From contig NC_087245.1 in assembly GCF_037042905.1 (NCBI RefSeq), positions 44,146,001 to 44,210,000 of the forward strand: a stretch of DNA of 64,000 bases, written 5' to 3'. A program made the position numbers and the translations under genes. Positions 13,213 through 26,870 of this stretch are shown one piece after another. Source of the stretch: Lytechinus pictus (lineage: Eukaryota). Position 1 is the first letter of the stretch. The number at the start of each line of letters is the position of its first letter. The notes under the pieces are model-generated. The model searched no databases, was not told where the DNA came from, and saw only the letters and a list, made by a program, of their open reading frames with translations.

Positions 13213-16208
13213 TGGGATCAAGTGATGATAACTCAATCCTTTGGCCACCGAGTGACTCTACCCCGATTCTAGTGAATCGCGTGAGCAAGAAAATAACCAG
13301 ACCTATGAAGGACAGCGCTATTCGTGAGTTTGGCACTAAACTTCTTGACTATGATTGGTCGAGTGTCTTCGAATCTGACAATGTAGATGACAAATGCGAT
13401 GAATTCTACAACATCCTGTTACCTCTGTTAAATTCCTACTTTCCAAAGAAGACCTCAAGGCTCCATGTACAAGACAAACCGTGGATGACACCAGCCATCA
13501 AATCTTTGATTTCACAGCGGCAAACCGCTTTTGCTCAAAACGATATTCCAAGATGGCATCAGCTGAGGAACAAGGTGCAACGACAGATCGAAATTTCTAA
13601 AGATGATTACTACGTCAACCGGGTTCAGAGGATAAAGAAGTCAAATCCATCGAAATGGTATAGACACGTCAAGAAATGGCAAGTGGTCAGGTGAAGTCAC
13701 AAAAGATTAATATCCCTAGTACTGATCCCTATGACCTGAGGAGCTGTGCAGAAGAGATCAATATGTTCTTCACTGAAATAGCAAAGGACATCCCAAGGTT
13801 AAACACATCTACTTTGCTATCGTATCTCCCTGCGAGCAAACCCCTTCCCTTTGTACAACCGTATCAGGTCTACAGAGAGCTGAAGAACATCAACCAGAGT
13901 AAGGCTCCCGGTCCAGATGGGATCCCAGCTAGAGTGATAAACCTCTTCGCCTACGAGCTATGCATACCACTTTGCGACATCTTAAATTCTTCTTTTCAGC
14001 AAGCAGTGGTGCCTCAATGCTGAAAACGGGCTTGTGTTGTTCCAGTGCCCAAAAGTCCTGCAGTCCACTATTGAAAACCTACGACCTGTGTCACTGACAG
14101 ATCATTTTTAAAAGTAGCTGAGAAGTTTGTTGCTAATTGGGCTCTAAAAGACATGGAATGGTCCATCGACAAAGCTCAGTTTGGAAATAGAAATGGTATG
14201 TCAACATCGCACTATCTGATTGGTCTCCTCCATATAATACATGCTAATGTTGTCAAACCGAAATCAATATGTACTCTATTGGCCACTGATTTCTCCAAGG
14301 CCTTCGATCGGATTGACCACAACCTGGCTCTATCAAAGCTCTTAGACATGAACGTCAAACAGCATTGGTTGCATGGATATGCAACTTCTTGAAAGACCGG
14401 CAACAGTGTGTTAAGTACAGATCAGTAGTCTCAGGATAGAAGAACGTACAAGCTGGTGCCCCGCAGGGAACTCGTTTAGGCCCGCTTATTTTCCTCTGCT
14501 CGATCAATGATGTATGCCAGCAGAGTCCTAATCTCCATTGGAAATACGTAGATGATCTCTCGATACTAGAAAACAGGAAAACGAGCGACCCTGCCACCAT
14601 CAAGAAGAGTGCGGATGAGCTTCAGCAGTGGTCTAAAGATAACAACATGAAACTCAACCCGAGTAAATGTGCTGTCATGCACATACGCTTCATGAGAACA
14701 AGTCCACCAATACCCACAGTTGAACTCGAAGGACAGAAACTATCTGAAGTCCAATTCACGAAACTACATGGAGTTTGCATTCAGAATGACTTGAAATGGA
14801 CATATCATGTCAATGAGATCACCAAGCGCGCAAGCATGAGGCTTCGAAGATATGTTACGTATCCTCAAGGGATTCAAACTACCCCTTGATGATTTGAAGG
14901 TAATTTATTCCTCATATGTTCGTCCAGCATTAGAGTACTGTACATCAGTTTGGCACTCTGGAGTTGACGCATCACAGAGAAAACAAATTGAGAGAATACA
15001 AAAACGCGCATTCCGCCTCATGCTTGGGCCTGCTTACCAAGATTATGACCATGCACTAGAAGGGCTCAACCTATCTCCTCTTGATAAGCGAAGAGAAGGA
15101 CTATGTATGAGACTACCAAAGGGCGCGAGTCTTCATTCCTCCCCCTTCCACGCTACCTCCAGCACGTGAGGCGGTCCACAAACGTTCACTACATTACGCT
15201 GTAGAACATAACGTCGTCGTAAAAGCGTTGTCCCATACATGGTCCGACTACTCAACAATCCATCGAATATGTAAATTAATTTCCAAATCTATGATTAATT
15301 ATGTGTTAACAATATCCAAATTATGTATAATCAATTTTATATAAAACGGACTTAATATGCTATCGTCTTATATTATGATGTTTTCGTTTACTTTAAATTC
15401 TGTTTACGACACTTTGTAGCAAAATAATAAAGATTATAAAGCTAACATATACGTGCTCAGTATTACTTTTACCACATCTAGCATTGCTTGTTTTCAATGA
15501 GCAAAGTTGTTTTATCCAATCTTGGTATAATTGTTTAATATGGTAATTCCATGTTTATACATGTACAGCCAGAAAATATCTAATCAATCATTAGATTTAT
15601 GATATCTCTTATTTCCGTGTAAGCCAGGTGAAGTACACTTATCTCATTAACAGAATCTCTTTTTCGCAGTTTTATCAACCTTATCGACATCCTTTTCATT
15701 TTCCCCCTTATTCCGGCACAGTTATATTTCATCTTCAATTCTTTAAAGAAATACCATTTGTTTATAATTTCTGTTTCTTATTTTCTTATTTTATTTATGC
15801 AAGCACATTAATTACTGACTCTATCCCCATATTAATTTTTCGTAATTTTGTTTTCACTGTCAGTTCCTTTGTTGTTCTTTTCCTGAGATATGTTGTATTT
15901 CCCCCTTCTTTCTTAGCGCTTTGAAACTTTTGTATAAAGCGCTCTATAAATTTTGTATATTATTATTATAGAATCATACTGTGGCTACAATTATCCAAGA
16001 CTACTGTCATCCCATGTATACAAATATTCTACTTTACTCCTTTCTTAAATTTCAACATATAACATTTATTTTATTACTTTTGTATGTCATTTTGTTATGG
16101 TCATTGATATTGTATATATTTTGTATTTTACCTTGTACAGAATTTCGCAATTCAGCCTAAGGCTGCGATGAAGTTTTCTTAATAAACCATTTCAATTTCA
16201 ATTTCAAT
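13213..16208 (+). mobile_element. Decayed CR1/L2-group LINE (end of APE endonuclease, linker, RT, 3' UTR)
   Basis: LGSSDDNSILW (SDH-like), KPWMTPAIK, KAPGPDGIP, DFSKAFDRIDH, APQGTRLGP, YVDD, VRPALEYCTSVWH, with multiple stops and frameshifts. The 3' end AATAAACCA(TTTCAA)3 is at ~16180-16208; other repeat DNA lies within the UTR. Confidence 0.88.
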
Positions 16209-17537
16209 ATACAAAAAGAGAGGATCTTCAACGCTATTTGCAATTTCACTCTGATATAATGTTCATGGAACTGACTTGTGCTTTTATTACTGAATAGCGT
16301 TTTAATAATAAAAGGGCGTGGTTTGGCTTGGACCTATAACAGATGATGTTGGCATTGAGGCTTGACACTGTGACTTGCATTAAATTCATAATTGGTGCAT
16401 TGCTGGAAGTATGGGTAGGGCCTTACAAGAAACATGCAATATGGGCATGCGATCAATTATTACAAGTCGATCTTAAGTTTTATAGAGGTTTTGAAACTTC
16501 AGATCCGCTTCTTACAACAGCGGGTACAAATGAATCAAGGTAAAATAGATTTACCCGTATCATTAATGTTGTAGATTTGCATTTGAAGGTTTCAAAACTT
16601 TCAATTGTTTGCAAATACATTTCCTGCAATTACAACACCTCCATACCTCTACCCCTCCCCCAAAAGTTCCGGCATGCAGCATGTTGTAGGCCTATGTGTG
16701 ATGCCACTGTGCCAGCAAAATTATGTGGTAGGAATAGAGAGATACATGAACCGCCCGATATGCATGCAATATGAGTACTTATAAACAACACATGTATGAA
16801 TCGAAAGTTGCACTCATTATTAGTAATGCTTATCCATATCCTGTTCGATTAGTCTCAGATTATGTTTTACTGTTACGCAATCACTGTCCATGTAAAGTAG
16901 ATCCATTTTAAAGGGAAACTAAGAATTAGTATTGCTTTACATTATCAAATCGGGTTCCTATTCACCTCAGTGAGAATTGAATTCTACTCAAAATCGAGTT
17001 CAATTCACAATCGAGTCCTTAAGTGAATTAAGCATCGTCAAGATCCGCAGCTGGACCCCTGGCATGATGTTAATACTGAATTGGATTTAAAGGGAGTGTC
17101 TCGTTAGCAAAATAGATAAATAGATCAAACAAGAGCCACTGAGCACCTCTTGGGGGTGGTCCACGAGAGATAGCGCGCGCTAGATCGCGCTATCTCTGCC
17201 GGTGTGAACCCGAGCTACGATAGCACGCCGGAAGTCATCGTTCTACACGCGGGGAATTTTATACACAGTTAAAATACAAGAGTCTAGAATCTAGATTAAT
17301 CAAATTAGAAATACATGCACAATGTATACAACGCCATGAAATAAACGTAGGCCGGCTAGCATAATAGGCACAGCGATATCGAGCTCTCAACTAACTAGTA
17401 CGGGTTCGTGACCTTTGACCATGATCATGTGGCCTCAGACATATGTAAAACTATCATTCATACATGACACTGGCGTAAATCCCGGGGGGATGGGGGGGAT
17501 ATATCCCCCCCACTTTTCGAGGAGGGGGGATGGCCTG

Positions 17538-19171
17538 CATACCTGCCAACCTTTGATAATAAAAAATCAGTATCAAAGCCACGAGGGCCCCGAACGGATC
17601 GCGCGCGAGATGGTTTCCCCCTCCCATGGTAGGGACTCTGCATTTTCTGCATGTAAAATTAGCATTTCTCTACCCCTTTTAAAGCAAATTTACCCTATTT
17701 ACCATACCACAGGATGACCTACATGTAACGTTAGTCTACTTATATGCAATATAATATCATTTGTCAATTAAACATTAAAACAAAGGTCTTGAAGATATCA
17801 CGTTTGTGACAAAAAATACACCCAGTTTCATTCAGGTGTGATTTGTTTTCATTGAAATCTATATAGACTTAGGAATAATTTATTTTTTTAATAAATTGTG
17901 AGGCCCTCTATTGTTGGAAAGTTTCTGGAAAGATTCTCTTTTTAATCAGAAAAAAAATATTTTCAAGAATACAATTGAGTTTTGGGCCAAGGGATATTTT
18001 GTATCATTAATTCAGATTCAAGTTGGCCTACTGTATTAAAAACTGAGTGCAAAAAAATCTAACATATATTTATCATTTATATCAAGTCTATCATATGCAT
18101 CAAAATAAGCCAAACATTGTCATCTTATTCATGTTTATATTTCACCACACAGGAGTAGTGACTGAGGACAAGGTTATATCATAAACTTTATTAGATAAGT
18201 GCTTGTTGGCATAAGAAAGCAGATTTTCAGCCATGACAAAAACGGAGCCGAAGCTTACGGCGGCATACGCCCGACCCGCAACCACCACTGCACTTGCGGT
18301 GCGCCGGTGAGACTGGGAGGCTGAGGCGCAGCAACTCGGGCGCCGGGAGTTTAGGCAAGCGAAGCAAGTAGATTTGGCGTTCAGCTCCGATGGCTCAACT
18401 TGACTCGAAAGTTGATAATTTCCTTTCTTTCTCACAAATTTGACAATTATTCGAAAAAATAAAGTACAGATCAATTTTAACATTGCGTAGGGATAGATCT
18501 AACTTGAGTAACTGCAGCAGAGCCTCCCCATGTGCACGGCGCGGCCGGCCGAGCGGCCGGGTAATTTAAGCAGCCGGTCAGCAGACTCATCAATGATATT
18601 ACCAACACACTCTAGACACCAAAACACGACTCATTCACTAACTCATTCCACAATACAAAATCATCCGGCGAAAAGGGCAAAACCTCGAATAAAAAGTGAA
18701 ATTTTCTTACTAAATCACCATATTTCGCGTCAAAAATATCACCATCGTTAATTCTATACATCGTAGTTAGGAAACAAGGGGTCTAAAAAAGTGAATTTTT
18801 CACGGTTTTTCCGATGTTCGTGGATTTTGAAAACGTGTCCTCCCTGAAAACTGGCACTTTCGCGAGCCGATGTCAGCCGCCATTTTGTTCCGGAAGTCAA
18901 CGCTAATATCGGCCGCGCGCTGCTCGTAATTTTCACATGCAATTGCAATGGAACTGTGCACTTAGCACTTAGCCGTGCGCTCCAGTTGTTTATGCGTTAG
19001 TCGTATGTTACAGCCGCTTATGCGTTATTCGCATCATACAGCCGTTTCAATAATTTCAACACTATATTGATTGACCAAAAAATCGGAATTTCGGTTTAAA
19101 AATTCGGAATTCGGAATGGAGGCTAAAAAATCGGTATAATTCCGCCAAAATCGGAATGGTTGGCAGGTATG
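17538..19171. mobile_element. TIR element (CATACCTGCCAACC ends, hAT-like), nested
   Basis: Perfect 14-bp TIR. The TSD is degraded (ATGGCCTG vs GGCCGCCTG). Subterminal AATCGGAAT repeats and a GC-rich interior at 18230-19020. Confidence 0.8.
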
Positions 19172-19540
19172 GGCCGCCTGTACAATCATCCCCCCCCCCC
19201 CCCACTTTTTACGAAAGAAATGAAAAAAAAATCACATGAGATAATTGTTTTATTGGTGAAAATTCTTCAAAAAATACCGCTTAACAAATAAAATAATATT
19301 ATTGAATCATAAAATGCAAATAAAGAGCCAGTTCACCATTTCCAAACGAAATACTTATGTCCTTATTATAACATTGAAGAGAAACCCCCGTTTCTTCCAA
19401 TTCATCAATGTTGGGGTCTTTGGGAAGGGATTAAGATGGAATGTCAAAAATGTGTTGAATGTAATCTCTAATAAAACCATTAAACCATCATGTGGTAAAA
19501 AAGATAATAATATTGGAGGGGTATTTGCCATATGGACATA

Positions 19541-20467
19541 CAGTGGCGTAACTACGGGGGACATGGGGGGCACATCCCCCCCCCCCCATCGGCTGACCAA
19601 AAAAAAACGGGGAAAGGGGGAAAAGGAGAAATGAGGGAGAAAGGAAAAGAAACGTAGTGGGAAAGAAGAAAATATTATTCATTAGAATGTTATATTATAT
19701 TATAACTATGTTAAGTTACATTACATAAGAAACATTTTTATCATAACTTTATGAAACATAATTTGCCCAGGGCCTACGTCTTCATTGTTCCTGGTGCTCA
19801 CATTGTCTGTTTAACGAGATATATAATCCTGTTGTACTAAAACATCCCGTTTTCAAGTCAATATAAACCAAATATATTTCCTTGCACTTGAGTTATCATT
19901 GTTTTATGTAGTGACATATGCTTCTTTTTCATGACTCAAAAGTGATTGCCCCATGTTAAGGTCTTCGTATATATGAAACATTTCCTGTCCGTGATTACGT
20001 TCGCATTAGTGGATTGGTGAGATATTTTATGTCTGCTCTTCTTGAATTCCTAAAATCAGTCCTTAAAATGTCCCTTCTTCTGATCTGAATATCAAAAATT
20101 TTCAGCTCGCGCTTCGCGCTCGCACCATTTGGTTAATGAAATATGTATGGTCCTAGTTAATTCCTACAAAGAAACCTTAGAATGCCCCACTTCAGGTCTG
20201 AATTATCTAAGTTTTCAGCTCGCGCTCGCATTGTTAAGCGAGACAGGTACCTATCATGATTACACAAATTTTATTATAATGTCCCTTTTTAGGTGTGAAA
20301 ATAAAAAAATTTCAGCTCGCGCTTCGCGCTCGCATTGTTTGATCAGTGAGATACATATCCGTTTAATGACATTGTCCTTAAAATGTCTCTATTAGGTCAC
20401 TCACTCAGTCATTCAAAAATTTTGCTGGTGCCCCCCCCCCCAAGGCCGTGACCCACGGTCGCCACTG
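19541..20467. mobile_element. hAT-type non-autonomous element, 8-bp TSD TGGACATA
   Basis: CAGTGGCG...CGCCACTG ends. Perfect TSD at 19533-19540 and 20468-20475. Confidence 0.9.
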
Positions 20468-20699
20468 TGGACATATCAATGACAATTCCTTGCATATCTA
20501 AAAACATGAGTGCAAAAAAATGCCAAAATATTTCAGTCATCCCCCCCACCCATCAACACGGATTTACGCCAGTGATACATGATTACCCTTATGTCTATGT
20601 TTCATGAACTACTGTACATGTGTAGATCCATAAACTTTTTAAGTTATAATGCCAATTCAACAAATACCTCCAACACGGTCAAAGTTCATTAGAACAAGT

Positions 20700-21646
20700 T
20701 CATCATGTCAAATACCTGGAATCATAGTTGATGATTATTTGAATTTTAATTTGCATAGAGACAACATGTTGCAAAAAATAGGTCAATTAGTCGGTTTTCT
20801 GGGAAGATTGCGGCGATCCCTATATATAAGTGAATCGAATCTGAAATTTAATATATAGTTCATTGATCCTCCCCTACTTTGATTGTGGTAATGTTGTTTA
20901 CGATGCATCCTTTCGGAAATACACAGACCGCCTTCAAAAACTACAAAACAGAGCAGGCCGTATTATACTCCAGATTAAACCCGAATCTCATATATCTATT
21001 GTGGAAATGCATATAAACTTAATTGGCAAAAGAAAAAACGATCATTCCCTTATTCTCATGTATAAGATCATGAATAATCTATCCCCAAAATATTTAAGAA
21101 ATGAATTTGAGTTAGTACCACATACGTATCCCTCCCGTTTCGGAACCACATTTAAATTACCCAAACCAAGAACAAATTACCTCAAAAGATCCTTCAAGTA
21201 TAAAAGCGCCATGGCTTATAATTCCCTTCCTCCTCACATTAAACCATCCCCTAGTATTAATATTTTCAAATCTAAGATTGTTGATCTGTAGCCACATGGA
21301 CTCGCGTACCCTCTCCCCCATTCCCTGTTAGGTTTGCACCCCTTCATTTTTGTTTTTGATTTTCTTTTTTTGCGGTGTTTTATTATATTATCTAAATATG
21401 TTTACTGTTGATATTTGTATTTTTAATTATTTATGTTCGTCGCTATTTTCATTTATCTTCTGTACATCTGTTATTTCAATCTGGTTTTATTCTGTCTAAC
21501 TTATATGTTAATGTTAATTTTTTTTGGACCCCACGGAAGACTGTGCCAGTCACGCTGAATGTGGGCTATCCATCGTATTTTATTGTATATAATTATGCTT
21601 TTAATACGGAAATAAATACTACTACTACTACTACTACTACTACTAC
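20700..21646 (+). mobile_element. 3' fragment of a CR1/L2-group LINE with (ACT)n tail
   Basis: ILPYFDCGNVVY..LQKLQNRAGRIIL..LMYKIMN..LPKPRTNYLKRSF.Y...YNSLP (ORF2 C-terminus), then AATAAA plus (TAC)n. Confidence 0.85.
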
Positions 21647-21986
21647 CAGTGGCGTACCTAGGATTTTCCACAGGGGGGGGGGGGGCAAAACCGTCCGCCA
21701 AAAAATTTGACAAGCAAAAAAAAAAAAAGTCTTTAAAGGTCTTCAATCACAAATAAAGGATTTTGTACCAGAAAAAAAATTGACAAGCAAAAAAAAAAAA
21801 AAAAAAAAGGTCTTCAAGCTCGTCAGGGGGGGGGGCAATAAAGGTCTTCAAGCTCGTCAGGGGGGCAAAAAAGGTATTTCAAGCTCGTCAGGGGGGGCAG
21901 GGATACGTCCTTTGCATGGGTTGTGGCTCGTCAGGGGGGGGGGGCAGACTGCCTCCCTGCCCCCCCCCCCCGTAGTTACGCTAGTG
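21647..21986. mobile_element. hAT-type MITE, 8-bp TSD ACTACTAC (same family as 7287..7624)
   Basis: Same ends and interior as 7287..7624. Inserted in the LINE (ACT)n tail; TSD at 21639-21646 and 21987-21994. Confidence 0.92.
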
Positions 21987-22280
21987 ACTACTACCCTAAA
22001 TGACCTTTGATTTTGGTCATGTGACCTGCAACACGCACAAGATATTCAGGGATACATAGTTACTCTTATGTCCCAAGTTTCCATGAACTAGATCCACAAA
22101 GTTCGTTGACCCTGAAGGCCTAAATGCCTTTGACCTTGGTCATGTGACATGGAACTCGCACATGATATTCAGTGATAATTAATTGCTCTTATGTCTAAGT
22201 TTCATCAACTAGATCCATAAAATTTTAAAGTTATGATGACAATTCCACAAATACCCCAACATGGTTCGTTGACCCTAAGT

Positions 22281-24097
22281 GGCCATGCGTTTTGAGTTGG
22301 GCCCATTTCCACTACAACTCAAATTTTCCTCCAAAATCGCACCGTTTCATACATTATCATTTTTTTTTCTTCTGTTTGACATCCTATACCCATAAAACTT
22401 GATAAAAGTATATATATTCTGAAAGGAAATTGTCTTAGGAATTCAAAAATGCAATCAGAAAAGGCATAGGGTAATGTCACAAAAAGTTAAGGGTCAAAAT
22501 ATGTGGAAAACTGTGAAAAAATATGCTTCCCAATAAATCTTAGAATCAGAAAAACTTTACATCCTATAGGAAAATAACATGCATATTTCAACTATTAAGA
22601 GTGAGGCCTTTCCAATGATATATAACTTGTTAGGGATAACTTTTACCAAAATAATTTTGCGCGATCATCTTTTAAGACAAAATTTCACATCACAATTTTT
22701 CGGGTAAAAATGTAACAATACTTGATTTACCCCTAAAATATTATGTAGTCTTGCCTTTAGTTGCATACATACACTTGCAAACGCTTACCAGTATATTATA
22801 ATATATCTACTGTGGTTATTATGAATAAAAAATGATTTTATTTGACTCAAATCGTGGTATTTGTCATCTCTTGGCTCAAAGACCGGTGGACCAAAGGTTG
22901 ACAACTGAGAGTCAGATTTAACGTAAATATAGGAAAAATATCAATGCACATTGAACACATCTCATATTCCTGCTTTAGCTTAAACTTAGTGTGAAAAAAA
23001 AAACTATCATATTATAAATAAATCCATTTATCTTGCACCTGGCAAAAATACTTCAATTATGTTATTCTATAGTGTTATATTTTAAATATTATATCCTCTT
23101 TCTCCGACATTCTGCAGGATATGGTCTCTTGGTCCTAGGTTGAATATCAATGCCAATACAAAACACATTCTATGGGTACAATTGCCTCTATTCAGTGTAA
23201 TCTTTGTACCAGTGTCATTCTCAAGTACTTTTTTGATAATTTGGATAAATATTCTCTGAAAACTTTTGTGCTAGCCAAATATGTGTAATCTACTGATTCA
23301 TAGATGCAATGTGATGTAACATTAAGAAAAAAGAGTACATGTGGCATCAGATGGGGGCTTTATTGCTACAAACAGGCCTGGCTACAAAAAAGTTTTCAGC
23401 AATCAAAAATGCATTAAAGGCGTGTACTGGAGAATAATCTGAAGATTCGGACACATCAAAGTAATCAATGTCAGTCTACACTGTCGAAATTGAAACCATG
23501 AGGTAATATTTAACAATAGATTGATTTCTCTCTGAAGTCTTTAATTAGTTTGTGCTTTCCCTTTAGAAATGTTTGCAACTTCTAAATTCTATTGGAGGTG
23601 TAAACCCACAACTATATTTTTTCTCTCATCATTTTCTTTACATCAGACAGCCACAATGTCAATCGTGTTTATTTCATGATTTACATCCATTAATTATACT
23701 AATTAGCTTAATTAGGTATCCTTTAAAATCAAAATTTGAATTTCGACCCACTTATGACTAAAAAATAAGACAATGAGCCCCCAAACTATTACACATTTAG
23801 GTACTGTGATTTTAAATATTTAGTTTTTTAATGAAATACAAATTTATGCTCCCCTCGTCTACCACCATGCCAAAATGGCCAATTGATGTTACATAATTGC
23901 TGATTACTGGTAAATGAAGTAATCTCAGGTACTTCTTTTTCTTTAAAGTAATTGCTATAAGGATTCCCTTTAATTTGATACCAAATGTACCCATGTAGCA
24001 CATGTATTTCAATTTTTTTACCATTAATCATTTCTGTGCTTGTCGCGCAAATGTAACGATACCACCTATTTGCGGGCCCAACATAAAACGCATGGCC
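22281..24097. mobile_element. TIR DNA transposon derivative (GGCCATGCGTTTT ends), superfamily unassigned
   Basis: About 24-bp TIR GGCCATGCGTTTTGAGTTGGGCCC / GGGCCCAACATAAAACGCATGGCC. It interrupts a Helentron tandem unit. Possible degenerate 4-bp TSD (AAGT/ATGT). Confidence 0.8.
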
Positions 24098-26741
24098 ATG
24101 TGACCTTTAACCTTAGTCCTGTAATCTGAAACTCAGACAGGATCTTCATTGATACACTATCACGGTATCACCCTTATGTTTAAATTTCATGAACTAGGTT
24201 CATACACTTTCGAAGTTATGACGACATTTAAAAAACTTAACCTTGGTTCAGATTTCGATATTGATTCCCCCAACATGGTCTAAGTTCATTGACCCTAAAT
24301 GACCTTTGACCTTGGTAGTGTGACCAGAAACTCTGTCAGGATGTTAAGTAATACTTGATTATCCTTATGTCCAAGTTTCATGGAATAGGTCCATATACTT
24401 TCTAAGTTATGATGACATTAAAAAAACTTAACCTTAGTTAAGATTTCAAGGTTGACGACGCCCTCGTCGCCGCCGCCGTCGGCGGCGGCGCCTATAGTCT
24501 CGCTCTGCTATGCAGGCAAGACAAATATCAGCAAAACAAATGAACGGCACACTTTGTCATCAGTATCAGTATTGCATAGATTGACATTTACAAAGTAATA
24601 CTGCAGGGCCTAGTAATTTATAACTACTGGAAGAAATTAATGTCCCTCACAAAAGATTAATTTTCATGATAATCGTGATCTGATAATAGTAATGATCACA
24701 ATAATATTTACATTAAATGATTAATGACAGGTAATACAATAGAATAGTCATCATAATTGCCCTGAAGATAATAATGATGATAATGGAAATGAAAATATGA
24801 TTATGACAATAACAATCATTATAATTATTATTATTATTAGTATTTATTAGTAATTAATAATTACTATTCTAATAATAATTAATTATTATTAGGGTTATAA
24901 TAATTTAGCAGAAGCAATATGATTTATATCAATGCAATAATTATGATATTGATGAGAATAGCAAACATTTCAATTGTGATGGTATGAATGATTGATTAGT
25001 TTTGTAATTAGCAGTGGAGGGAATAGGGACTGGTAGGTTATGGGTCAACATCTGAAACATACTGAAGTGGATATTTTTTTGTTCCATCTTTTAAATGTTA
25101 TTTACATCCTCACTTAACGTATAGGTCCGTTTTATCTTAACACATGATATCATCTACTTGAAGGTGGAAAACATACAAGTGTATTGTTGCAAGGAGCGAA
25201 TTAATTATCTTTAAAATACGTTTTTTTCTTCCCCCAAAGAGTGTGAAATGCCACTTACATCACATTATAAAAAGGGGTGTATTTGAGAAAAATAAAATTG
25301 GGTACAGCGATATATAAATCCAAATGATATGAAGTTCGTGGCATTCATGTGTCGTACTCGGATTTCTCATTCCAAATATGGGCGATATGATACTGCATTC
25401 CAGAAATTTACAACTTCCGCTCAAACCATGACAGGGGCGAGACTGTATTCGAAATACATGTCCTCATAGCCTAGGATATCGATCATGTCGATAGCTAAGT
25501 ATATAAAGCAGTGCATGTGCAATAATTATGTGCGGGTGATTTTATTTCTCTTTACTCAGTGCAGTATATACACACCAATCTCAGCCCTTTGGCTGTTCTC
25601 AAGACTCGAATTCTGGACTAATCAGTCATAATTATGGGGATTATGGTTCAGAACAGATCGTTCTCTCTGACGTCAACGATATACATACAGGTCAAGTGAA
25701 CCCGAAAGGACTGACGTTTATGGATGGATGTAGAGAAAATTAATGACCTGGGTCCCGTAAGACAAATCTTAATCTGAATAGTTGGGTCAGCAATATGTCG
25801 TTGGGAGACACATCCACGCTAACTTGGTGAAGAGAGTAGCGCAAAGCACCAAAGGTTAGCGAATAATCGTACTCTCGATTTCCACGATTGATTGTACATT
25901 GTAGTCAATGGAAGAAATCGTAGAAAAATGTTCGACGACCATTGCTAAGCTTTATGTTACGACCCCTTGGAAAACAAATCGCTGAATATGATACAATATC
26001 ACCAATATTTCATGCAACATTCTGCTTCAATTGGGCCTACACCAAAGGTATATCAATTTCCTAAACAAAAGAGTAAGGTAGATGGGGTGGGGGTCATATA
26101 AATCACATTCTACATTATAACCTGCAATGATAATAATCCCGGTATATAATCAAAGTAATATTCACCATGCTCTACTCTGACAATACACGTGCAGTAAGTG
26201 TGACATTCGCGTTCGCGTGCATGCCTGAAAATTATCGCATCATATCGCTATGTATATACGCAGTCTGGGAAGGAAAAGGCATTCATAGTGTATTGGAAGG
26301 AGCACAGGGAAATTTCATTAGGGAGATGGTTATCGATGTCTGCGTGCAACTCTCGTACAGGAACGCTGAATAATCACGTTACAAATTTTTTGTGTGTATG
26401 TGCATGCGAACATCCTAACCTCCACTCTATGAGTATGATGCTATGCTGCCCAGTGAATAATCTTCATATTGCAAAATTTAAATATGCTAATACAGCAAAA
26501 TTCGCCTTAGTGAAGGCTCTGTATCATTATTTCATACCACAGACATTGCAAATCAAGACTGTTATTGGTATTTTGCTTTAATAATATAGTCATGCCTCAT
26601 GGCCATGGCCAGAAGTGTAGTATGACCATGTCATCGAACAAACCATTTGTATATGGAACATACATAATCAAAATTCATTCACTTTCACATTCAAAATGCA
26701 TAAACATCAAAATATCATAACAAAGACTGTATTCAACTTAC

Positions 26742-26870
26742 ATTCTTGCGAGCCGAGATTTTCTGGGCCCAATGGCCGCCTGTAAGGATCATCTGAGATG
26801 AGTATAGTGTTGCTGCTTGCGTGTGTTGTGTATACTTTCCAGAGGATTTGAGTGCGGGAAAAATAATGTG
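26742..26870 (-). other. Candidate first (5' UTR) exon of the SLCO gene
   Basis: Non-repetitive-looking, moderately GC-rich segment ending in a consensus donor AAT|GTAAGT (26741). TATA-like TATAGAG at 26894-26900. Joining it to the 6997 acceptor creates an in-frame ATG. The 5' boundary is a guess. Confidence 0.4.

Larger units (their letters stand above)
17468..20574. mobile_element. hAT-type non-autonomous element, 8-bp TSD ATACATGA
   Basis: Perfect 15-bp TIR CACTGGCGTAAATCC / GGATTTACGCCAGTG. TSD at 17460-17467 and 20575-20582. Confidence 0.92.
17127..24525 (-). mobile_element. Non-autonomous Helentron/HINE-like element (host of a nested TE cluster)
   Basis: Minus-strand 5' end TTTGTCTTGCCTGCATAGCAGAGCGAGACTATAGG (short IR), then a CGG-type microsatellite. 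Dispersed ~125-bp units TGACCTTTGACCTTGGTCATGTGAC...TTTCATGAACTAG at ~17410, 20580, 22000, 22120, 24100 and 24300. A terminal stem-loop CAAGAG..CTCTTG (17130-17152) is followed by TTT. Confidence 0.65.
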
